Assembly: GCA_963760615.1 (NCBI GenBank)
Contig: CAVXDX010000004.1
Span: 32,001-96,000 of the forward strand
Origin: an uncultured Candidatus Micrarchaeota archaeon
Lineage (GTDB): Archaea > Micrarchaeota > Micrarchaeia > Burarchaeales > Fermentimicrarchaeaceae
Direction: 5' to 3'
Length of the DNA: 64,000 bases
The position numbers and the translations under genes were made by a program. Positions 1-10,383 of the stretch are shown here, in pieces. Each line of letters starts with the position of its first letter. Position 1 is the first letter of the stretch. The notes beneath the pieces are model-generated. The model was not told the origin of the DNA and made no database searches. It worked only from the letters and a program-made list of their open reading frames with translations.

Positions 1-1206
1 GGAGTCCACAACTTCGATGCCGTGCAGCCTCCTTTCTACTACAAAGCGGTTGAGCCGGAGAGCTGCTCATTTGCCCCTCTGGATATGGAGAAGAAGATTA
101 CGCTCTCAGAGATACTCGAGTTGCACCCCAAGGGAGTAGAGTATAGCGTTATACTGGAGGGATGCAAGAAGTATCCATTACTCGTGGATAGCAGAAATCA
201 GGTCCTCTCATTCCCGCCAATAATAAATGGAGAGCTCACAAGGGTGAGTGAGAGAACGAGTAACATTTTCATAGATGTCACTGGAACAGATGCCAATGCA
301 GTGATGGATGCGCTGAGAATAACTGCCTTGGCCCTTGTTGACAGGGGAGGGGCGCTCTTCACGGTTGAAGTGGTGGGAAGGAAGAAGCTCCAAACACCTG
401 ATTTGGAATGCCGATTGATGGAGCTGCCTGTGGAGCAGATAGATAAGATGCTCGGCGTGGATTTCACCGAGGCGCAGCTGCTTAAGCTTCTTGCAAGAAT
501 GGGCTATGCTGCTGTAGGCAGGAAGGTTGAACTTCCCTGCTACAGGGTTGACGTGATGGGCTGGGTGGATTTAGCCGAGGATGTTGCAATTGCGTATGGC
601 TACAACAACTTTGAGCCGTCTCTGCCCAACTTCTTCAGCATGGGGCGGGAGAAGCCCTCCGAGGTTGCCGAGGGAAAAATCAGAGAGCTCATGGTTGGGC
701 TGGATTTCCTGGAGGTTATCTGCCAGAACCTGACCAATGAGCAGGAGTGCTTTGGGAAGATGCTTCTGAAGGAGAAGCCGCATGTGAGGATAAAGAACCC
801 CAAGGTTGAGGAGTTCACAATGCTGAGAACATGGCTTACCCCCTCTTTGCTCAGGGTTATTTCAGAGAGCAGGCAGGCAGAGCTGCCCATAAAGATATTC
901 GAGATCGGGGATGCGGTCTCGTTGGATGGCAACCATGTTGAAGAATCCAGGCATGTCGCATGTGCCCTGTACGACTCGAAAGCAACATTCAGTGAAATCA
1001 AATCTGTGGCAGAAGCTCTGCTGAGGGAGATGGGCTGGGGCGTTGAAATAAAGGCTGTGGAGCACCCCGCTTTCATAAAAGGAAGAGTTGTGGAGCTTGT
1101 TCATGGAAAAAAGAGAATTGGCATCCTTGGGGAGATACACCCCCAGGTGCTGAGAAACTTCCAACTTGAGCAGCCAGTGGCCCTGCTTGAAACGGAAGTC
1201 ATCTGA
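1..1206 (+). CDS. pheT: Phenylalanyl-tRNA synthetase beta subunit (5'-partial)
   Basis: Frame open from base 1 (GVHNFDAV); DSRNQVLSFPPIING (B3/4), YRVDVMGWVDLAEDVAIAYGYNNF (B5), LRTWLTPSLL, IFEIG; archaeal type without C-terminal FDX domain. Confidence 0.95.
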   Translation, partial: GVHNFDAVQPPFYYKAVEPESCSFAPLDMEKKITLSEILELHPKGVEYSVILEGCKKYPLLVDSRNQVLSFPPIINGELTRVSERTSNIFIDVTGTDANAVMDALRITALALVDRGGALFTVEVVGRKKLQTPDLECRLMELPVEQIDKMLGVDFTEAQLLKLLARMGYAAVGRKVELPCYRVDVMGWVDLAEDVAIAYGYNNFEPSLPNFFSMGREKPSEVAEGKIRELMVGLDFLEVICQNLTNEQECFGKMLLKEKPHVRIKNPKVEEFTMLRTWLTPSLLRVISESRQAELPIKIFEIGDAVSLDGNHVEESRHVACALYDSKATFSEIKSVAEALLREMGWGVEIKAVEHPAFIKGRVVELVHGKKRIGILGEIHPQVLRNFQLEQPVALLETEVI

Positions 1207-1732
1207 GGTATAGATAGATTTTATCCTTGGCATCCTTCTTCTTCAACTTCCACCCAGGGAAGGTGAATTTATACGAGACCACCCTTGTGCCGTGCCTCAG
1301 CTCCCTCTCAAGCTTGTCTTTGAGCTTTATGTTTGTCGGCTGGAGCAGAAACAGGGTCACTATGTCTGCGTCATTCAGGTTCACATTAAAAAAACTGTTT
1401 AGGATGAATTTTGCCCTACTGCCGACTCCTTGAAGCATTGCATGAAAAACGCTGAGGAGAAACAGCAGCGGGTTTATCTCAACTCCAACACTGCTAGCGC
1501 CAAACTCCTTTGCAGCCATAATGGCAATCCTTCCATCCCCACTCCCAAGGTCATAAACCTTGCTTTTCCCATCAGCGCCAGCCATCTCAAGCATTTTTCT
1601 GACAACCTGCTTGTCTGTAGGAGTCCACGGGGCACCCAAAAAATAAGTTACGAAGAAGAGAATCATTGCAATCATGAAAGCAATCGGAATCAGGAGCAGA
1701 ATGAGAAACAGAATGAGGAATAAATCTTGCAT
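1199..1732 (-). CDS. Membrane-anchored class I SAM-dependent methyltransferase
   Basis: GAPWTPT, VYDLGSGDGRI motif I, GVEINP; N-terminal TM helix; start moved to ATG 1732 because the longer ORF overlaps rfcL. Confidence 0.85.
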   Translation of the reverse strand: MQDLFLILFLILLLIPIAFMIAMILFFVTYFLGAPWTPTDKQVVRKMLEMAGADGKSKVYDLGSGDGRIAIMAAKEFGASSVGVEINPLLFLLSVFHAMLQGVGSRAKFILNSFFNVNLNDADIVTLFLLQPTNIKLKDKLERELRHGTRVVSYKFTFPGWKLKKKDAKDKIYLYLR

Positions 1733-1736
1733 CCGC

Positions 1737-2963
1737 TCACCTTCCCCTTTTTCTGGGTGTGGCCTTCTCAGCCTTCTTTCCAACGATGTACTCCATCTCC
1801 TCATCCTCAAACTCAAAATAATCCTGCACCTTTTCAATATTGCTGCTCTCCTTAGAGAAAAGCTTGATGAGCGGTAGGTAAAGTTCAACAGCATCCTTTG
1901 AAGAAACATGGCATCTTCTGCCTATCTTACGACCAATCTCGCGGTTCATGGCCCTCTCCCCCCTGCTCCTCCCGAGAGCGCTTATTATCCTCGGGAACTG
2001 GTATTTCACAAATTTATGGTATGGCTCCTCCTTCGCAAGTGCAACTCCTGCAGTTGCCAAGTCGTTTGAATAGCGCATGAACCCCCAGTACTGGCGCCTT
2101 ATTATCCTGCCCTCAAAAACATCTGCCCTCGAGAGCCTCTCGAATGCCCTCTCAATATCCTCGGGCTTCTCGTACTCCAGCGGGATGTTCTCCTCAATCC
2201 ACTTTACAAACATGTCCCTGTCGTCAACACCTCGCATAACATCCCTTGCCTCCTCATAGCTGGTGGCTTTCAGAACTGCCCTCACAGAGTCGAATATGCC
2301 TTTCTCCCTGTCCCTGTATCCTATGATACTAGCAGCACCAACTCCGCCTTCGCCAAGAGCCTGCAAATCGTTTATAGCAGACCTCAAATCACCGGCGCTG
2401 TTGTTTGCAATGCTTGTCAAAGTTTCATCCGGAACCTTAAGCCCCTCCTTCTCGGCAATTTTTCTCAGCAGAGAAGCAATAGTTCTGGAGTTGACCTTCC
2501 TCATTGGCTGCATATTGCAGTAGCTTCTCAGCGTGGCTAGGGACGGCTTCCAAACATCGTTTGCTGTGAGTATGACAGGCTGTGCGGGATTCTTCAGCAG
2601 CTCAATAATAGCCTTGCTTCCCCCCCTATCTGCCCTCTGCAAGCCGTCAACTTCGTCAATTAGAACAAGCCTCCTGCCGCCAAACAGCGTGTTTGAGGCT
2701 GATGCCTCCCCAACAATTCTTCTCACGCTCTCCTCATCCCTTAAATTGCTCGCGTTCATCTCTACAACAGGCCAGCACATGGAGCCCGCCAGAGCATACA
2801 CCAGCGTGCTCTTGCCAACTCCCGGAGAGCCGCTGAGCAGTATGGGCTTCCCTGCCTTGTTCCTATCCCAATCCATCGCCCATCTCTTCACCTCCTCAAC
2901 AACATCACCATTTCCTACGAACTGCTCGAGGTTCTTTGGGCGGTATTTGTCACTCCAGAGCAT
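1737..2963 (-). CDS. rfcL: Replication factor C large subunit
   Basis: LWSDKYRPKNL, Walker A GSPGVGKS, EMNAS, LIDEVDG, GDLRSAINDLQ. Confidence 0.93.
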   Translation of the reverse strand: MLWSDKYRPKNLEQFVGNGDVVEEVKRWAMDWDRNKAGKPILLSGSPGVGKSTLVYALAGSMCWPVVEMNASNLRDEESVRRIVGEASASNTLFGGRRLVLIDEVDGLQRADRGGSKAIIELLKNPAQPVILTANDVWKPSLATLRSYCNMQPMRKVNSRTIASLLRKIAEKEGLKVPDETLTSIANNSAGDLRSAINDLQALGEGGVGAASIIGYRDREKGIFDSVRAVLKATSYEEARDVMRGVDDRDMFVKWIEENIPLEYEKPEDIERAFERLSRADVFEGRIIRRQYWGFMRYSNDLATAGVALAKEEPYHKFVKYQFPRIISALGRSRGERAMNREIGRKIGRRCHVSSKDAVELYLPLIKLFSKESSNIEKVQDYFEFEDEEMEYIVGKKAEKATPRKRGR

Positions 2964-2998
2964 AATATACTTAAGTCTGAATGATATTAAATTCGTAT

Positions 2999-4168
2999 AT
3001 GCTCATAGGAGTTGTTGGAAAAACCAATACGGGCAAGTCAACTTTCTTCGCAGCTGCAACGCTAGTGGATGCAAAGATAGCGCCGTTTCCATTCACTACA
3101 ATAGAACCAAACCTGGGGAAGGCATACGTGAGAGCCCCCTGCCCCTGCAAGGAGCTTGGGGTGAAATGCGCACCCAGGAACTCCCTCTGCGAGAATGGCA
3201 CAAGACTCATACCCATAGACCTCATAGACGTTGCAGGACTGGTGCCCGATGCGCACCTTGGAAAAGGGCTTGGTTTGAAGTTTCTGGATGACCTGCGCGC
3301 TGCAGACGCGCTGATACAGGTGGTGGATGTTTCCGGCACAACAGACTCCGAGGGCAACCCCACAGACTTCTACGACCCGGCGAATGAGATACTCTTCCTT
3401 GAAGAGGAGATGAGCCACTGGATAGCCGGCATAATAAAGAGGAGCTGGAGCAAGATAAAGGGAAAAAATGTAGACTCAGTTTCTGGTTTACTCTCAGGCT
3501 TGAAGATGAGTGAGGAGGATGTAAAGAAAGCAGCAGCCCGGCTCTTCCTTCCAACAGAGGAAATCAACTGGGGTGAGGGGGATATACTGGCTTTCTCAAG
3601 AGAGGTGAGGAAGGTTTCGAAGCCAATTGTCATTGCCGCAAACAAAATAGACATTCCCTCGGGGGAGAAGAACTATGAAAGCCTGAGGGAGAAATTCAAG
3701 GACAGGATAATCGTTCCTACATGCGCCGAGGCAGAGCTCGCCCTAAGAAAGGCAGACAGGCAGGGGAGCATACACTACGTGCCAGGCGACAGTGGTTTCA
3801 AAATCATTTCAAGCATGCCAGAGAAGCAGCTATCCGCACTGAACTTCATAAAGGAGAAAGTTCTGGAGAAATACGGTGGCACTGGAGTGCAGGAGCTCAT
3901 CAACAGGGCAGCTTTTGACCTGCTGAACCTCATAGCCGTGTATCCTGTGGAAGACGAGGGCAAGTACGCGGACCACTTCGGAAATGCTCTGCCGGATGCA
4001 ATACTCCTGAAGAAAGGCTCAACTGCCTTGGACTTGGCTGCGAAGATACACACTGATTTGGCGCAGGGCTTCATATGCGGTGTGAATGCAAGGACGAAGA
4101 TGAAGGTTGGGAAGGAGTATGTGCTGAAGAACGGGGATGTGCTCAAAATCATCTCTTCTACCAGATAG
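2999..4168 (+). CDS. ychF: YchF/Obg-family P-loop NTPase with TGS domain
   Basis: GKTNTGKST, PFTTIEPN, DVAGLV, ANKID, C-terminal IHTDLAQGF TGS; start at ATG 2999. Confidence 0.92.
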   Translation: MLIGVVGKTNTGKSTFFAAATLVDAKIAPFPFTTIEPNLGKAYVRAPCPCKELGVKCAPRNSLCENGTRLIPIDLIDVAGLVPDAHLGKGLGLKFLDDLRAADALIQVVDVSGTTDSEGNPTDFYDPANEILFLEEEMSHWIAGIIKRSWSKIKGKNVDSVSGLLSGLKMSEEDVKKAAARLFLPTEEINWGEGDILAFSREVRKVSKPIVIAANKIDIPSGEKNYESLREKFKDRIIVPTCAEAELALRKADRQGSIHYVPGDSGFKIISSMPEKQLSALNFIKEKVLEKYGGTGVQELINRAAFDLLNLIAVYPVEDEGKYADHFGNALPDAILLKKGSTALDLAAKIHTDLAQGFICGVNARTKMKVGKEYVLKNGDVLKIISSTR

Positions 4169-4210
4169 GTTTAAATAAGCTGTTTTACAACTCTTTACAG
4201 AGGTGGTATT

Positions 4211-4513
4211 ATGCCAGAAAAGGATACCAAACAGGCGAATGACACGGGTCTTGTCTATGTGCTGATATATTTCTTCACATGGCTGACCGGGATAATCTTC
4301 TTCGTTATTGAGAAGGATAACAAAAAGGTTAGGTTCCACGCGCTCCAGGCGATATTCCTGGGAATCATCATGGTGGTGCTCAGCTTCACGCTCATACTGG
4401 GCATTGTGAGTGTGCTGCTGTGGATATACGGTCTGTATATCGGCTTCAAGCAATACCAGGGAGAAACAGTCAGAGTCCCATACCTGGCCGAATACGCGGA
4501 CAAATACGTCTGA
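4211..4513 (+). CDS. Small membrane protein, DUF4870-like
   Basis: LTGIIFFVIEKDNKKVRFHALQAI pattern; TTTAAATA box upstream. Confidence 0.75.
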   Translation: MPEKDTKQANDTGLVYVLIYFFTWLTGIIFFVIEKDNKKVRFHALQAIFLGIIMVVLSFTLILGIVSVLLWIYGLYIGFKQYQGETVRVPYLAEYADKYV

Positions 4514-4514
4514 T

Positions 4515-5603
4515 TTATTTTTTTATTCTTATTATTCTTGTTTTTCCTCTTTTCCCTACTCCGCCCCTCGTCTCTGCAATGAAGAGGTTCAGTGAGACGA
4601 GCATGCTTATAGAGTTCCTCATGCTCCTTTCGCTTTCATCCTTGAATTTCTCATAGATTTCGGTGCTTGTCACCTCTCCTTTCTCTTTCACAAACTCATA
4701 TATTTCCTTCTCCCTGCCCTGCAGCTTCTCCTCCACCCTTTCGCCCTCCCCAACTTCCTCAAAAGCCTTTCTCACATGCCCCTCAGAAACTTTCTCAGAA
4801 TTCTCCCTCTCAGCTGTTTTCCCTGCCTTCCACAGCAGGCTTATGGCGAGCCTCGCGTCACCATTGTTCTTTGCTGCCCTCGCGGCGCAGAGCGGTATGA
4901 CCTCCTCAGACAGGCTCTCTGGGCAGAAGGCGAGCTTCGCCCTGCTCTTCAGTATGTCCTTGAGTTCAGCTGGGGAGTACTGCTTGAAAACAATCTGTTT
5001 CTGCACAAGGGAGCTCCTTATCCTCTGGTCCAGCTTCACAAGGAATTCGTTGCTGTTCGTTATGGCAACAACTCCAAAGTCTGTTGAGAAGAGTTCCTTC
5101 GCCCTTGCCAAGTCATAGAGGACTTTCTCCTCCTCATAGAGGCCTGCGAAGAGCCTGTCAACCTCATCCAATGCAATGATGGGGGTTTTCTTCTCCTTCC
5201 TCAGAACTTCAGCTATCCTGTCGGTTATCTCGTCAGTGGAGATGCCCCTCCTTGGAATGAACTCGCCAAGCGCCGCTACAATGTTGTTCAGTATGGAGTG
5301 CCTTGTGCTGGACTCCCAGCAGTTTATGTAAATGGGAACAACCCGCTGCGAGTATTCCTGAAGCTGCTTGAGCACATACCTCACTGTTGAAGTCTTCCCT
5401 GTGCCGCTAGGCCCAATGATGAGCATGTTCTCAGTCTTTTTACCTCCTGCGGCACCCTTCAGCCCGTAGGCAATCTCCTCTATCTGCTTCTCCCTATGAG
5501 GCATGACCTCCGGCAGGTAGTCAGACATCAAAACTCGCTCATCCTGGAAGATCTCATTCTCAGTTGAGATTTTCTTGAATATGTTTTCTGCCATGCAACT
5601 CAT
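4515..5603 (-). CDS. cdc6: Orc1/Cdc6 replication initiator
   Basis: LMSDYLPEVMPHRE, Walker A GPSGTGKT, INCW, Walker B LDEVD, GDARLAI, C-terminal wHTH. Confidence 0.93.
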   Translation of the reverse strand: MSCMAENIFKKISTENEIFQDERVLMSDYLPEVMPHREKQIEEIAYGLKGAAGGKKTENMLIIGPSGTGKTSTVRYVLKQLQEYSQRVVPIYINCWESSTRHSILNNIVAALGEFIPRRGISTDEITDRIAEVLRKEKKTPIIALDEVDRLFAGLYEEEKVLYDLARAKELFSTDFGVVAITNSNEFLVKLDQRIRSSLVQKQIVFKQYSPAELKDILKSRAKLAFCPESLSEEVIPLCAARAAKNNGDARLAISLLWKAGKTAERENSEKVSEGHVRKAFEEVGEGERVEEKLQGREKEIYEFVKEKGEVTSTEIYEKFKDESERSMRNSISMLVSLNLFIAETRGGVGKRGKTRIIRIKK

Positions 5604-5687
5604 CTATTCGTTTCATAAGGTTAAAAATGTTTAGGTGAACTATTCCCAGCGGAATATACTTATAAATACCCTATGTGATATACCCTC

Positions 5688-8600
5688 ATGAAGCCCAAAA
5701 TATTGTTCGTAATAGCAGCGTTGCTTTTTTGTATTGGTCTCCTGAGAGCTCCGGTCCTCCTTCCAGTATCGATTGACGGTTGTCAGAATGTCACTGCGTC
5801 AGGGAGCTATTCTCTTGGTAGTAACCTCGTAGGAGCCAACATAACTGCCAACAACCTTCTGACGACTGCTTGCATACTTATCTCAGAGCCAGATGTGGAA
5901 ATTGACTGCGCAGGCCATACAATTACAAACAATGTTGCTGGCAACACCACAGGCATTCTCTCAAACAGCCGCAATTCAACCCCACTCACAAATATCACAG
6001 TAAAGAACTGCAGAGTATCAAACTACATATGGGATATATACATATACAATTCAAGTGATAGTCTAGTGCAGAACAACACTGCCAATCTTTCTAGTGAGGT
6101 TGGCTTTACAGTGCACAATAGCTCCTCCATCAACTTCACGAAAAATATTGCCTACAACAATCCAGGTGAAGGATTCACATCGTTCAATTCCTTCCACAAC
6201 ATACTGGACAACAATACAGCTTACAACAGTTCTAATGGCTTCGTGTCCAAGGATTCTTCTGCGTATAACACTTTCACAAATGACAATGCTTACAATGTCT
6301 CAGTTGGTTTCTATGCGTATTACTCCAATAACAACATATTCAATAACGATACCGCAGGAAACAATACTTGGAGCTTCATAGCCGCAGGCTCCAGCGGCAA
6401 CAACTTCACAAACTGCATTGCCTATGGCAGCTTCTGGCACGGCTTCCTTGCGGAGACTGGCTCCGACGGCAACAATTTTGTGAATGATACCTCATACGGC
6501 AATCAGTATGAAGGGTTCTACATGGCCGGTTCAAACTATAACACTCTCATAAACAATACTGCATACAACAACAATGAAGATGGCTTCCTTGTTGGAAACG
6601 GCTCAGCTTACACTGTGCTGACAAACAACACGGCTTACAGCAACAGATATAGTGGCTTCGAACTCGACAACTCGAACTATAACAATTTGACAGGCAATCT
6701 GTACACCCAATCTCCTTATAACTCCGAACTGTTCCGCTATGGAGACGGCTTCTACTTACAAAATGCCTCAAATAACAACATAGTGAATAACACTGCACTC
6801 AACAGCTACGAAGCGGGATTCTACCTTTACAGCAATTCCAACTCCAATTCTTTCATCAACAATACAGCAATAAACAACTCCTGGGAGGGATTCATCATAG
6901 AGACATCATTCAATAACTCATTCATCAATAACCTCGCGTACGCCAACCCGCAATTCGGTTTCGAAATATATATGAGCTACGGGAACAACCTCACAAACAA
7001 CACAGCGCAGGAAAGTGGAAATTTTGATCTCTACATTGATGCTCTTTCTTGGAACTTTTTCCTAAATGCCACACAACTCGACCCCATCTACTGCAACAAC
7101 ATCATACAAAACCTCAATGGCTCTGGAGGCAGGCCCATAAACTACTCCAATACTTCAGTGAATTGGAATGGCATAACTGCATCGGAAATTGTGCTCTGTC
7201 ATGCTGATGGTTCAAGCCTCACCAATGTGACAATACGCGGTTCAGATTCCATACACAATAACGGCCTTCTGATAAGCAGCACAAGCAATACGGTTGTGGA
7301 TGGTTCCAACTCATCTCTCAACCTTATCGGCTTCGCTGCGCTGTTCTCAAGCAACAACAACTTCACAAACAACATAGCTGACAATGACTTAGCTGTTGGA
7401 TTCGCAGAGTTTGTTGGTTCGGGGAATAGATTCACAAACAATATGCAGTCAGGCAGCATTGAGGGCGGCTTCATTGCATTTCTCAGCAATGACTCAGCCT
7501 ACACAAACAACACGGCGCATGACAACTATATGGCGGGCTTCGCAATTGTTGAGGGCAGCAACAATACCCACCTTACAAACAACACAGCGTACAACAACTT
7601 ACAAGTCGGCACGGCGGTTGATAGCTCTGATTTCGCGCTGATAACGGGGGACCATTACTACAATAATAGTGTGGATTTCGCGGTGAACACCAGTATCTTG
7701 GTGGCGCCTCTCAATCTCTCAGAGGTCATCTTTGACAACCCACTGGGAAACTACGAGCAATACACCAACCTGTCCTTAAATGATATTGTCCAACCTGACG
7801 AGTTCTATTCAATAACCTGGAGTACCAAGCCGGCATCAGGAGACCCGCCTCTTGAACTATCATTTTGGGGCAAGTTCATCAACATTCAAACAAGCCCTGG
7901 AGCAGTGATAGATTATATAGTTTGGCACTGGACAGATGATGAAGCAGCAGGAATCGATGAAAACAGTTTAATCGTCATGCAATATAGCAATTCAGATTGG
8001 ATGGGTGTACCCGGGCAGAGTCTGCTAGAACCTGCTCAGAATTACATTTCAGTCTCAAACCTCTTCAGCTTCGGAGTTTTCGGGGTGTTCAAACAGTGGT
8101 CACCTCCCCCACATACCGGAGGAGGCGGAGGAGGCTGCTCCGGCAGCCTGAAGACATCAGTTGCAGAGACGCTCTGCCCAGACAACAAGGTGGTAATCCT
8201 TCTTACTGATCTGTACGGAACGCCACGGGGTGCGGGCGATCTGGTGACGCTCAATGGCTTAAACACAATGCTTATTGACCATACAAACAGCAGCGGGGAA
8301 GTCAGCTTCTCGCTCTCCCATAGCGGCACTTACACAATTGGCGGAGTAGCATGTGACCACTCATTCAACTATGAAATGTGCAAAGCAGGATGCGCTTCCG
8401 ATGATGCTTGCAGCGATGACCAGTACTGCGATGCTAGCGTATGCAAGCCTGTTGGATGTCCCTGCGGTCAGATATCCGCACATTCCTGCCATCCTTATGC
8501 CTGCTGTGTGGATGCAGACTGCAATGCAAGTTACACATGCATAAACCACTTATGTCAAGCTCCTGCCGTTCAGACAGAATGCAGCGTGGATGGCAACTGC

Positions 8601-9104
8601 AGGAGTGACCAGTACTGCAGCAATGGGAAATGTCTACCAGTTCAGCTTGGAGAATGCGGCTATGTTACAAACCACGCTTGGCATGCCTATGAATGCTGCA
8701 ATGATTCGGCCTGCCAGCAAGGGAGGGCATGCATAAACAACAGCTGCGTGCTCTACAGAATAGTCGCAAACCCGAGCGGGTATGTTGGCGCCCAGCATGA
8801 AGTTTGGGTTCTCCCGCAGGGCAGCTACCAGCTCAGTATTGTTGCACCTACTGGAGGGAATAAGACGGTATATACCGATGCGAGCGGTCATGCAACATTC
8901 GCACTTGAAAATGCCGGGCTATATTCTGTATCACTAATCAAAGAACGCGCGGCAGCCAACGTCACAGTAAATGCTGTGGCCAAACCTGCTCCGCAGCCAG
9001 AAAAACCAATTCCGCAAGCTCAGCCAGACCTGTGCCTGCCAGGGGCAATAATAGGAATAATATTACTTCTTATCATAATCTACGTAATATACCGCAGAAG
9101 GTGA
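5688..9104 (+). CDS. Large surface protein: NosD/CASH-like parallel beta-helix, Cys-rich repeats, C-terminal membrane anchor
   Basis: Signal peptide; many 'NxxxNNTAxxNxxxGF' repeats; GGGGGG linker; four Cys-rich modules; TM helix followed by YRRR. Confidence 0.85.
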   Translation: MKPKILFVIAALLFCIGLLRAPVLLPVSIDGCQNVTASGSYSLGSNLVGANITANNLLTTACILISEPDVEIDCAGHTITNNVAGNTTGILSNSRNSTPLTNITVKNCRVSNYIWDIYIYNSSDSLVQNNTANLSSEVGFTVHNSSSINFTKNIAYNNPGEGFTSFNSFHNILDNNTAYNSSNGFVSKDSSAYNTFTNDNAYNVSVGFYAYYSNNNIFNNDTAGNNTWSFIAAGSSGNNFTNCIAYGSFWHGFLAETGSDGNNFVNDTSYGNQYEGFYMAGSNYNTLINNTAYNNNEDGFLVGNGSAYTVLTNNTAYSNRYSGFELDNSNYNNLTGNLYTQSPYNSELFRYGDGFYLQNASNNNIVNNTALNSYEAGFYLYSNSNSNSFINNTAINNSWEGFIIETSFNNSFINNLAYANPQFGFEIYMSYGNNLTNNTAQESGNFDLYIDALSWNFFLNATQLDPIYCNNIIQNLNGSGGRPINYSNTSVNWNGITASEIVLCHADGSSLTNVTIRGSDSIHNNGLLISSTSNTVVDGSNSSLNLIGFAALFSSNNNFTNNIADNDLAVGFAEFVGSGNRFTNNMQSGSIEGGFIAFLSNDSAYTNNTAHDNYMAGFAIVEGSNNTHLTNNTAYNNLQVGTAVDSSDFALITGDHYYNNSVDFAVNTSILVAPLNLSEVIFDNPLGNYEQYTNLSLNDIVQPDEFYSITWSTKPASGDPPLELSFWGKFINIQTSPGAVIDYIVWHWTDDEAAGIDENSLIVMQYSNSDWMGVPGQSLLEPAQNYISVSNLFSFGVFGVFKQWSPPPHTGGGGGGCSGSLKTSVAETLCPDNKVVILLTDLYGTPRGAGDLVTLNGLNTMLIDHTNSSGEVSFSLSHSGTYTIGGVACDHSFNYEMCKAGCASDDACSDDQYCDASVCKPVGCPCGQISAHSCHPYACCVDADCNASYTCINHLCQAPAVQTECSVDGNCRSDQYCSNGKCLPVQLGECGYVTNHAWHAYECCNDSACQQGRACINNSCVLYRIVANPSGYVGAQHEVWVLPQGSYQLSIVAPTGGNKTVYTDASGHATFALENAGLYSVSLIKERAAANVTVNAVAKPAPQPEKPIPQAQPDLCLPGAIIGIILLLIIIYVIYRRR

Positions 9105-9150
9105 ACGGAAAATTCCAGGAAGAGCATTCTCTTCACAAGGAGTGTTAGAA

Positions 9151-10383
9151 ATGCAGTTCATAGCAGACTTCCACATCCACTCCAAATACTCGCGTGCAAC
9201 CAGCCCAAACATGGATTTGGAGAGCATAGCAAAGTACGCAAAGATGAAGGGCATCTCGCTGGTTGGGACGGGAGATTTCACCCACCCTCTCTGGCTAAAG
9301 GAGCTCAAGGAAAAGCTAAAACCACTCGGCAATGGGCTCTTCGATTATGATGACACCCTTTTCATGCTCACGAGCGAAGTGAACAATGTATTCAGCAAGG
9401 GAGGCAAGATCAAGCAGATTCACAATATACTCTTTGCCCCTTCCTTTGAGGTCGTCGAGCAGATAAACGAGCAGCTTGCCAAGAAGGGGGATTTGCATTC
9501 CGATGGAAGGCCTTCCTTGGATATGCCTGCAAGCGAGCTCGTTGAAGTTATGCTCGGCATCTCGAAAGAATGCGCCATAGTCCCAGCGCATGCCTGGACA
9601 CCTTGGAGATCCATTTTCGGCTCTGCATCGGGCTTCAACTCGGTTGAGGAGTGCTTTGGGGAGCAGAGCAAGCATATATTTGCGCTTGAAACGGGTTTGA
9701 GCAGCGACCCCAAGATGAACTGGATGCTGAGCTCGCTTGACAAGTACACTCTTGTTTCAAACTCAGACAGCCATTCACCGCAGAAAATCGGGAGGGAGGC
9801 GAATGTCTTCTCAATGGAGCATCCCAGCTACTCAGAAATACTCAATGCAGTGAGGAAGAAGGATAAAAACAAATTCAAGCTGACCATAGAGTTCTTCCCA
9901 GAGGAGGGCAAGTACCACTATGACGGGCACAGGCTGCACAATGTGCGTTTCTCACCGGAAGAGAGCATCAAAAACAACAATATTTGTCCTGTTTGCAAGA
10001 GGAAACTCACAATAGGAGTGATGCACAGGGTGATGGAGCTGGCGGATAGGAAATACTGCTATACCCCACCAGATGCCATTCCTTTTGTGCATGCCATACC
10101 TCTTGACGAGCTTATAGCAAACGTTCGTGGCAAAGGAGTTGGCACGGCCTCTGTGCAAGAGGAATACTCCTCTCTTATCTCATCATTTGGAACAGAGTTC
10201 AATGCATTGCTAACCGCAGAGCCAGATGAGCTCAGAAGCAGGGCATCTGAAGACATAGCAGATGCAATTCTAAGGGTGCGCGAAGGAAAGGTGAAAATAC
10301 TCCCCGGCTATGATGGTGTTTATGGAGAGATAGAACTCAGAGATGCAGAGGCTGGGCAGAGCAGCCTCTCCAAGTTTCTCTAA
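9151..10383 (+). CDS. endoQ: Endonuclease Q family PHP-domain nuclease
   Basis: ADFHIHSKYS, HAWTPW, ETGLSSD, SNSDSHS, GKYHYDGHR, PGYDGVYG; C-terminal PIP-like QSSLSKFL. Confidence 0.85.
   Translation: MQFIADFHIHSKYSRATSPNMDLESIAKYAKMKGISLVGTGDFTHPLWLKELKEKLKPLGNGLFDYDDTLFMLTSEVNNVFSKGGKIKQIHNILFAPSFEVVEQINEQLAKKGDLHSDGRPSLDMPASELVEVMLGISKECAIVPAHAWTPWRSIFGSASGFNSVEECFGEQSKHIFALETGLSSDPKMNWMLSSLDKYTLVSNSDSHSPQKIGREANVFSMEHPSYSEILNAVRKKDKNKFKLTIEFFPEEGKYHYDGHRLHNVRFSPEESIKNNNICPVCKRKLTIGVMHRVMELADRKYCYTPPDAIPFVHAIPLDELIANVRGKGVGTASVQEEYSSLISSFGTEFNALLTAEPDELRSRASEDIADAILRVREGKVKILPGYDGVYGEIELRDAEAGQSSLSKFL

Noticed and set aside
1733-1909. Long N-terminal extension of the methyltransferase ORF
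   Set aside because: It overlaps the rfcL 3' end on the same strand; ATG 1732 gives a normal length and spacing.
8110-8140. GGAGGAGGCGGAGGAGGC simple repeat as a possible phase-variable tract
   Set aside because: It encodes an in-frame Gly linker with mixed codons and is not a slippage-type homopolymer.
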